From assembly GCA_038874215.1 (NCBI GenBank), contig JAVZCV010000021.1, forward strand, positions 1 through 21,389: 21,389 nucleotides of DNA, in the 5' to 3' direction. Positions 15,208 to 21,389 of the stretch are shown here, piece by piece; position 1 is the first letter of the stretch, and every line of letters starts with the position of its first letter. Position numbers and translations under genes: made by a program. The notes beneath the pieces are model-generated. The model saw only the letters and a list, made by a program, of their open reading frames with translations. It ran no database searches and was not told where the DNA came from. Source of the stretch: Candidatus Micrarchaeia archaeon. GTDB taxonomy: Archaea; Micrarchaeota; Micrarchaeia; Burarchaeales; JAVZCV01.

Positions 15208-17607
15208 ATGCCCAATGTTGTGAGATTTGATGAGTTAACGAGAGATAGCATAAGAGTTGCGGGTGGAAAAGGCGCAAACCTCGGGGAGATGGCGAATGCA
15301 GGTTTTCCCGTCCCGCCTGGTTTTGTTGTTTCAAGCGATTCGTATTTCAATGCGATCAGGATGAACGGAATAGACCGGCTTATATTGGAGCTTACGAAAA
15401 ATTTAGATGCAAATGATACGAATGCGCTGAATGAGGTTTCCAAAAAAATAAAGGATGCGATTAGAGATGCGCCGATGCCCGACGATATACGAGTAGACAT
15501 AGTGCAGGCATACAATGCGCTATGCGGTGCGATGATACCAACGCCAGAGCAAGAGAAGTATGTAGCTGTAAGGAGCTCTGCAACGGCGGAGGACCTGCCC
15601 GATGCGAGTTTCGCAGGGCAGCAGGCAACATTCCTTAATGTAAAAGGAGCGGAGAACGTTGTGAATGCGGTTAGGGAATGCTGGGCATCCCTTTTTGAAC
15701 CGCGCGCGATTTTTTACAGGCAGGAGAAGGGTTATGGGCATCTTGATGTTGGGATAGCGGTTGTTGTTCAGGAGATGGTCCAGTCCGAGAAATCCGGGGT
15801 TATGTTCACGGTTGAACCGATAACGAACGACGCTACGAAGATGGCGATAGAGGCGGCGTATGGGCTTGGTGAGGTTGTTGTGAGCGGTGCGGTAACGCCA
15901 GACAGGTATATCGTTGATAAGAAAACTCTCGGGATAGTTAAGAAGAACATAGCGGTGCAGACGTGGATGATAACGAGGATAGGGGATAAAAACGAGCATG
16001 TTGAGATAAGGGAGGATGCGGCTGGATTGCAGAAGCTGAGCGACGAGGAGATAAAGAAACTCGCAGAGCTTGGGTTGAAAATAGAGAGGCATTATGGAAA
16101 GCCGCAGGACATAGAGTGGGCGATAGTTGGGGAGGAGATATACATCGTGCAGAGCAGGCCTATCACAACGCTGAAAGCAGAGAAGCCGAGTGAAGATGTA
16201 GAAATGGAAAAGAGAGAGGAGGCAAAACAAGCGATGGCAACAGAAAGCAAAGGAAGGGAGATAAGCGTCGGAGAGGCGCAGGTCGTTCTGAGAGGGCTTG
16301 GCGCAAGCCCAGGGATAGCGAAAGGGCGTGTGAAGATAATTTACTCTGCTAAAGAGATAGACAAAATGGAGAAAGGGGAGATTCTCGTCACTGAGATGAC
16401 GAGCCCAGACTTTGTGCCTGCGATGAGAAAGGCTGCGGGCATAATCACAAACTCTGGCGGTGCAACGTGCCATGCTGCCATCGTCAGCAGAGAGCTGGGA
16501 ATTCCCTGCATAGTGGGGACGAAGAATGCGACTGAAATTCTTAAAACGGGCGATGAGGTAACGCTTGATGCTTATAGAGGGATAGTTTACAGTGGATTGG
16601 TTGCGATGGAGGAGAAGAAAGAGAAGGTTGAGGTTGCAGTGGCAAAGGCGGAATATGCGCCCGTTACGGGAACAAAGATATACGTGAACCTTGCAGAACC
16701 CGAGCTGGCAGAGAAGGTTGCAGCACAAGCTGTAGATGGAGTTGGGTTGCTTAGGGCAGAGTTCATGATAGCAGGCATCGGGGAGCATCCGAGGAAAATG
16801 CTTGAGGAGGGAAGGGGGGAAGAGTTCGTTGATAAGCTTGCAGAGGGTATGAGAAGAATTGCGAGCGCATTCTACCCGAGGCCAGTTGTATACCGTGCTA
16901 CGGATTTCAAAACTAATGAATACAGAAATTTGAAGGGAGGGGAGAAGTACGAGCCGCAGGAGGCAAACCCCATGATGGGTTATAGAGGGTGCAGCAGGTA
17001 TATAAGCGAGCCCGAGGTTTTTGAGCTTGAGCTTAAAGCAATAAAGAAAGTAAGGAATGAGTATGGGATGAAGAACCTATGGCTCATGCTGCCTTTTGTA
17101 AGAACTGTTGGGGAAATAAGGGCGATAAAGGAGCATCTCTCTCGCTTGGGCATTCACAGAACGAGGGATTTCAAGCTATGGATAATGGTTGAGGTGCCAT
17201 CAACTGTCTTTCTCATAGAGGAATTCTGCGAGGCTGGAATAGATGGCGTGTCAATAGGGAGCAACGACCTAACGCAGCTCATAATGGGGATAGATAGGGA
17301 CAATGAAACGCTCGCAACAGCATTTGATGAGAGGAACGCGGCGGTGCTCACTGCTATAAAGCATGTGATAAAAACGTGCAATAAGCACGGAGTTACTGTT
17401 TCAATATGCGGGCAGGCTCCTTCAGTCTATCCCGAATTCGCTGAAAAACTCGTTGAGTTTGGGATAACGAGCATATCGGTCAACCCAGACGCAATAGAAA
17501 GGACGAGAAGGCTCGTTGCGAGCGCTGAGAGGAAAGTTATGCTGAAGAGGCTTGAGAGGATAATGGAGGAGGAGAAGAGGATAGAGAAGTTCATAGAGCA
17601 TATATGA
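15208..17607 (+). CDS. ppsA: Phosphoenolpyruvate synthase (pyruvate, water dikinase)
   Basis: 'GGKGANLGEM', 'AVRSSATAEDLPDASFAGQQ', phospho-His 'GGATCHAAIVSRELG', 'EANPMMGYRG' and 'SIGSNDLTQ'. RBS GGTGGTG. Confidence 0.97.
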   Translation: MPNVVRFDELTRDSIRVAGGKGANLGEMANAGFPVPPGFVVSSDSYFNAIRMNGIDRLILELTKNLDANDTNALNEVSKKIKDAIRDAPMPDDIRVDIVQAYNALCGAMIPTPEQEKYVAVRSSATAEDLPDASFAGQQATFLNVKGAENVVNAVRECWASLFEPRAIFYRQEKGYGHLDVGIAVVVQEMVQSEKSGVMFTVEPITNDATKMAIEAAYGLGEVVVSGAVTPDRYIVDKKTLGIVKKNIAVQTWMITRIGDKNEHVEIREDAAGLQKLSDEEIKKLAELGLKIERHYGKPQDIEWAIVGEEIYIVQSRPITTLKAEKPSEDVEMEKREEAKQAMATESKGREISVGEAQVVLRGLGASPGIAKGRVKIIYSAKEIDKMEKGEILVTEMTSPDFVPAMRKAAGIITNSGGATCHAAIVSRELGIPCIVGTKNATEILKTGDEVTLDAYRGIVYSGLVAMEEKKEKVEVAVAKAEYAPVTGTKIYVNLAEPELAEKVAAQAVDGVGLLRAEFMIAGIGEHPRKMLEEGRGEEFVDKLAEGMRRIASAFYPRPVVYRATDFKTNEYRNLKGGEKYEPQEANPMMGYRGCSRYISEPEVFELELKAIKKVRNEYGMKNLWLMLPFVRTVGEIRAIKEHLSRLGIHRTRDFKLWIMVEVPSTVFLIEEFCEAGIDGVSIGSNDLTQLIMGIDRDNETLATAFDERNAAVLTAIKHVIKTCNKHGVTVSICGQAPSVYPEFAEKLVEFGITSISVNPDAIERTRRLVASAERKVMLKRLERIMEEEKRIEKFIEHI

Positions 17608-17636
17608 GATATAGCTCGCAGGAAAATTGCCACTTA

Positions 17637-18842
17637 TCATTCCGCCTTTATTCCCCTTCTCATCAACTCTTGGCGGATGTCTTCTGCAGAACCACCTACA
17701 ACGCGCACGGGTTTCTTTATCGGCCCATCAACAAGCAGACTGCAGTCTACGAATTCTGACACAAGCATTCTTTTGACCTCCTCTGGCGGAACAAGATTAA
17801 TTTGGGAATCATCGAAGATTTCCCTTACTCGTTTTCTATTGGGGTTTAGTGCGTATTTCAAAAAATGGGTGAGGGTGCGCCTCTTCCCGAAAAGATCAGG
17901 GCTAACGAAAACGGGTTTGTTGGTGAAGAAGCGGTCTTTTATTTTAGGATAAGGTGTTCCTTCTTGTTCGTAGTCTATCGTTCTCACTTCCAAAATAACA
18001 GCAAGCTGGTCTGATTTTGCTTTTAAAAATATTTTATTATCGTCTTCATAAAGTATGTATGTCTCTCCCCCCATGCTTACTGTAATTTCCTTTCGTTTTC
18101 CGACAAGCAATTCGTGTAGGGTATGTCTCCCAGGGTAAAAATAAAGTCGTACCCTGTCGTCGGATATCCTTTTAGCATAAAAATGAGGCAGGCTACGGCA
18201 AGGAAAAGAAACCGTATTTCCGATGCTTTTTTCTAAAAATTGTAACTGGTAAGAGAGGTCGGAGGGTGATAGCTCTTGTCCTTCGTAACCTCTATTTTCC
18301 CATTTTGGATGCTTGTTTAAAGCATCAAAAATTGAGCGGGCATCTAGACGTGCATCGCAGAATGAAACACGCCTTTCGTAAAAGGATTTTGTTCTGGGAT
18401 CGCTCAATAATAGGGAGATGATGTCTGAAATGCCTGCTTTTGTTTTTTCATAAGAGGCAAGTTCAGGAATATCGTTGCTAAGGCGACGCAGAAATTCTGC
18501 AGTTAGATATTCAAACGGGTCCATGCCAACGGCATACTTAACATCGTTAAAGTTTTTGTAGCCCATTATGCGTTGTATGTGAGATATTTTCACCATTACT
18601 GCTTTGCCCGCCATAGTAACAGAATAACCGAGAACAACGCGCGCCTCGCCTTTTTCATCGCGAAGAACTAGATGAGGACAATTTACAACTACTCCCTCGT
18701 TGTTTGTTTCTGGGTTGTAGGGAAAAAACCAGCGCGGCTCTTTCGTAATATAGGTTTTCGGGCTTTTTGAATTGGGAGAATTTCGTTTTGCCCTATTCAC
18801 GCCACGGAGCCCATTACGTGGTGGTATGTGATTTTGCAACAT
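17637..18842 (-). CDS. Hypothetical protein (401 aa)
   Basis: Long ORF filling the ppsA-dph2 gap, with TATA TTTTTATAG ~21 nt upstream. More AT-rich than ppsA in the lines I sampled. Confidence 0.8.
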   Translation of the reverse strand: MLQNHIPPRNGLRGVNRAKRNSPNSKSPKTYITKEPRWFFPYNPETNNEGVVVNCPHLVLRDEKGEARVVLGYSVTMAGKAVMVKISHIQRIMGYKNFNDVKYAVGMDPFEYLTAEFLRRLSNDIPELASYEKTKAGISDIISLLLSDPRTKSFYERRVSFCDARLDARSIFDALNKHPKWENRGYEGQELSPSDLSYQLQFLEKSIGNTVSFPCRSLPHFYAKRISDDRVRLYFYPGRHTLHELLVGKRKEITVSMGGETYILYEDDNKIFLKAKSDQLAVILEVRTIDYEQEGTPYPKIKDRFFTNKPVFVSPDLFGKRRTLTHFLKYALNPNRKRVREIFDDSQINLVPPEEVKRMLVSEFVDCSLLVDGPIKKPVRVVGGSAEDIRQELMRRGIKAE

Positions 18843-18862
18843 GATGGTATTGCGAAAGACAT

Positions 18863-18889
18863 CTATAAAAAGGTAGTGGAGGTTTTATA
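18863..18889. promoter_or_regulatory. Back-to-back TATA boxes for the 401-aa ORF (-) and dph2 (+)
   Basis: CTATAAAAA (from 18863; minus-strand TATA) and TTTTATAT (~18882-18889) each lie ~20 nt from an ATG, consistent with leaderless mRNAs. Confidence 0.5.
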
Positions 18890-18907
18890 TTTGTTTGAGT
18901 GAGTTGA

Positions 18908-19822
18908 ATGCGCATACTCCTGCAGTTTCCAGAAGGGCTTAAAAAAAATGCAATGAAAGAAGCGAAAAAGCTTGAAAAGGATGGGCATGAAGTATTCGTT
19001 TCGCTTTCCCCCTGTTTTGGAGCGTGTGATATCGCATTCTACGAGGCTGAGAGAATAGGTGCTGATAAAATAATCCATTACGGGCATTCGTATTTCCCTA
19101 TTCCGAAAAAATTCAGCAAAATAAAGGTTGAATACAGGGAGTTTTTGATCAAGGTGCCTTGGAGAAGGCTGCTTGGAAAAGCTCTGGGTTATGTTCGGGA
19201 TTGTAGAACTGTTGGCATAGCAACGACGGTTCAGCATATAGAGCAGTTGGAGGAGATAAAAGGTTTTCTTGAAAAAAACGGGAAAATAGTTCTCATAGGA
19301 AAAGGGAAGCTTGCAAAATATGCAGGGCAGATACTCGGCTGTGATTTGGGAGCTCTTGAATCAGTTGAGAAAAAAGCGGACTGCCTCATTTACTTCGGAG
19401 GTGGGCTCTTTCATCCCCTTGGCATGAAAAAGAGGATCCTCGTGATAGACCCGTTTATGAAGAGAGTTTTCTGGCTTGAATGCGAGGATTCGGGGAAGCG
19501 AATGCGTAGAGGAGCAGTTGCTCTTGCGAATGCGAAAAGGGTTGGCATTTTTTTGAGCACAAAGGCTGGGCAGTTCAAAATGAAAACTGCGCTTGAGATT
19601 AAGAAAAAAATTGAGAGGATGGGGAAGGGGGCAGTGATGCTTGTCGGGGACAATATAACGAGAGAGCAGATTGAGAACTTTGCATCTTTTGATTTGATTG
19701 TTAACACTGCATGCCCGAGAATAGCTGATGATGAGCTGGGCAGACCTGTGCTGAACGCTGATGAGGTTGAAGCTTTATCTACTGCTTTTCGCCAGGAAAC
19801 GCAACCCAGTCAGCCATCCTGA
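18908..19822 (+). CDS. dph2: Diphthamide biosynthesis enzyme Dph2
   Basis: 'LLQFPEGLK', three Fe-S Cys motifs ('CFGACD', 'GQILGCD', 'NTACPRI'), 'HYGHS', 'GGGLFHP' and 'STKAGQ'. Confidence 0.95.
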   Translation: MRILLQFPEGLKKNAMKEAKKLEKDGHEVFVSLSPCFGACDIAFYEAERIGADKIIHYGHSYFPIPKKFSKIKVEYREFLIKVPWRRLLGKALGYVRDCRTVGIATTVQHIEQLEEIKGFLEKNGKIVLIGKGKLAKYAGQILGCDLGALESVEKKADCLIYFGGGLFHPLGMKKRILVIDPFMKRVFWLECEDSGKRMRRGAVALANAKRVGIFLSTKAGQFKMKTALEIKKKIERMGKGAVMLVGDNITREQIENFASFDLIVNTACPRIADDELGRPVLNADEVEALSTAFRQETQPSQPS

Positions 19823-20795
19823 ATTTTGCGACATACGGCGTTTTCTTTCCATTTTCTACTATGTAGCCTTCTATTTGGACATCGCATGACCATACGGGGG
19901 AATATCTCCCACCTTTGTTAGATTGTTCGGGAGTAGCTGGGAACCATCTTATTTTGCCGCTCTCACCAGTCCTAAGTTTTATTGGGTTTTTCAATTCGGT
20001 TGTTCGCCAATTTTCACCATCAGATGATACGCTAACGCTCGTTATCCATATTGTTTTGCCAGAATTGTTGATAGACCTGAAGCTGACGCCTGGAACCCAT
20101 CTTTGATAATCTGCTTTTGTCTCCATCGGACCTGCTGCGGCTATTCCCGTGTCAGTGATAGTTAGGATTTTACCTGTAGGCTTGCCGCCTACTTTAATGC
20201 CAAGCAGCGTAGTGCTCGGCTTAAAGCCCGTCGTGCAGTCTATTTCTGCGGTCGGAAATCTCTTGCCTTCATTTACCATCTTCCAGAAGTTTACACGGGC
20301 TTCCTCATCCTCTCTTTGCTCAGCCTCAGCTTTTTGTTGCAATCTGGCAAAAGAGGTGTTTTCCTTTCTCATTTCTTCTAGTCTTTCCTTCTCTCTTTGT
20401 TCTTCCAGTTTATTGCGGTCTACGGGGTTCATCCAACCATCACCGGGATAGTATTCTTCCCACTTCCCGTTTCTAAATCGCCAACCTTCCTCCATTTCTA
20501 TTTTTTCCTGTTCAATCCTTGCCCTTTCCCTGCTTTCTTGTATATAACGGCTGAATGTGGAAACCGCCTGCTGACTAAATTTAAAAACAGCATTACGTGT
20601 GTTTGGGTTTGCCGCAATGCCGCCCAGCGTTAACGCGGTTATTACACCAGCGCTTGCAGTAATCTTACCCCAATTAATTCTTCGTTTTGGTTGTTGGCGT
20701 GTATTTTTTTTGATATTCGGATTAGTTTCGCCCCTACCGCGAGGATATGTATAGATATTCCTATTCATAGGACCACCTATTTTGAAAACTTCCAT
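19779..20795 (-). CDS. Hypothetical protein with probable single N-proximal membrane segment, coiled-coil stalk and beta-rich C-terminal domain
   Basis: Basic N-terminus, then 'WGKITASAGVITALTLGGIAA', an E/R/K/Q-rich helical region and a beta-strand-patterned C-terminus. Upstream TATA AAGTTTATATAC. Confidence 0.75.
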   Translation of the reverse strand: MEVFKIGGPMNRNIYTYPRGRGETNPNIKKNTRQQPKRRINWGKITASAGVITALTLGGIAANPNTRNAVFKFSQQAVSTFSRYIQESRERARIEQEKIEMEEGWRFRNGKWEEYYPGDGWMNPVDRNKLEEQREKERLEEMRKENTSFARLQQKAEAEQREDEEARVNFWKMVNEGKRFPTAEIDCTTGFKPSTTLLGIKVGGKPTGKILTITDTGIAAAGPMETKADYQRWVPGVSFRSINNSGKTIWITSVSVSSDGENWRTTELKNPIKLRTGESGKIRWFPATPEQSNKGGRYSPVWSCDVQIEGYIVENGKKTPYVAKFRMADWVAFPGEKQ

Positions 20796-20845
20796 AAGGC
20801 TAAACAGTTTGGATTATATTTACGCAACCGAAGTATATAAACTTA

Positions 20846-21316
20846 TCATAGGGCAGTGTGAGTAGGCTCTTCCTCATCCCTGTGCGAGTAAAGCTCTGCT
20901 ATGCGCTTGAAATTTTCAAGCGTGTATTCCCCAGATGCTACGAATTCGTTAACTGCTGATTCAAGCATGTCTATATCGCCCTTGAATTTCTCTATCGCAT
21001 AGGGGGCTATTTTCGTGTACAAGAAAACGCGCATATCGCCCTCATGTTCTTTCGCCCTCTCGTTCATCTCTCTCAGAGCCCTCTCAAAAATGAGAGTAAC
21101 ACGGAATTGGTCTTGCGGGTCTTCATATGAAGACTTTATGAGCGATACGCCAGAGAACTGCACAGTGAGCTCCTTCTTTATGTTGCCCGCAACTATTGAG
21201 AGAGAATGGAGGAGCGATGCGCTCGGCTTCTGGTAGTGCTCGCCAGGCTTCACTGCAAGCCTTTGAATTCTTTCATGCGTCGTTTTGGGCTCTTTTATTT
21301 CCTTCTCTCCTTCCAT
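20846..21316 (-). CDS. Hypothetical protein (156 aa)
   Basis: Clean ORF with charged helical composition and TATA (TATATACA) ~21 nt upstream. Confidence 0.75.
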   Translation of the reverse strand: MEGEKEIKEPKTTHERIQRLAVKPGEHYQKPSASLLHSLSIVAGNIKKELTVQFSGVSLIKSSYEDPQDQFRVTLIFERALREMNERAKEHEGDMRVFLYTKIAPYAIEKFKGDIDMLESAVNEFVASGEYTLENFKRIAELYSHRDEEEPTHTAL

Positions 21317-21389
21317 GTGCCTATTAGGCTTTTTCGTGTATATATGTGTTTGCCCTATAAGTAGTGCGATGTGTATTGCTTTTTCTTCT

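Noticed and set aside
15520..16788. 422-aa minus-strand ORF
   Set aside because: Lies wholly antisense to ppsA; Leu/Tyr/Arg/His-rich shadow of a purine-rich coding strand, with no motifs.
18941..18948. A8 run near the start of dph2 as a slippage or phase-variation site
   Set aside because: The frame is intact (Lys-Lys-Asn), and A/T runs of 7-8 nt are common in this window.
1..21389. CRISPR array, rRNA, IS element or long tandem repeat
   Set aside because: None visible; intergenic gaps are short and non-repetitive.

Overview
Archaeal chromosomal segment, gene-dense. Archaeal origin is shown by L10e/uL16, Dph2, a tRNA with a 37/38 intron, TATA-box promoters and GGTG(A) ribosome-binding sites. 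A DPANN/Micrarchaeota-like origin is plausible but only an inference. Left to right: a truncated HEAT-repeat gene missed by the ORF track; an arsenic/metalloid module (thioredoxin-like protein, ArsP-type permease and ArsR, divergent from an ArsB/NhaD-superfamily transporter); tRNA-Trp(CCA) with a 97-nt structured intron; bacterial-type bifunctional purH; a TPR protein; three small unknown proteins; a GT-C glycosyltransferase divergent from a sequon-rich surface glycoprotein; an argC/lysY-like and argB-like pair; a ubiquitin-like sulfur carrier, TtuA/NcsA thiolase and metallophosphoesterase; rpl10e; ppsA; dph2; and three more unassigned genes. I saw no CRISPR array, integrase or transposase. 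The best leads are: (i) the small proteins at 6209-7248, two of which share an exactly spaced motif and all three of which share an amphipathic [WF]LxxGL helix and an extended TATA variant; (ii) the tRNA-Trp intron, which looks like a remodelled box C/D guide RNA; (iii) the kinase/reductase pair, with mixed LysY/ArgC features and altered ArgB motifs. No database searches could be run, so 'unknown' means not recognised by me.
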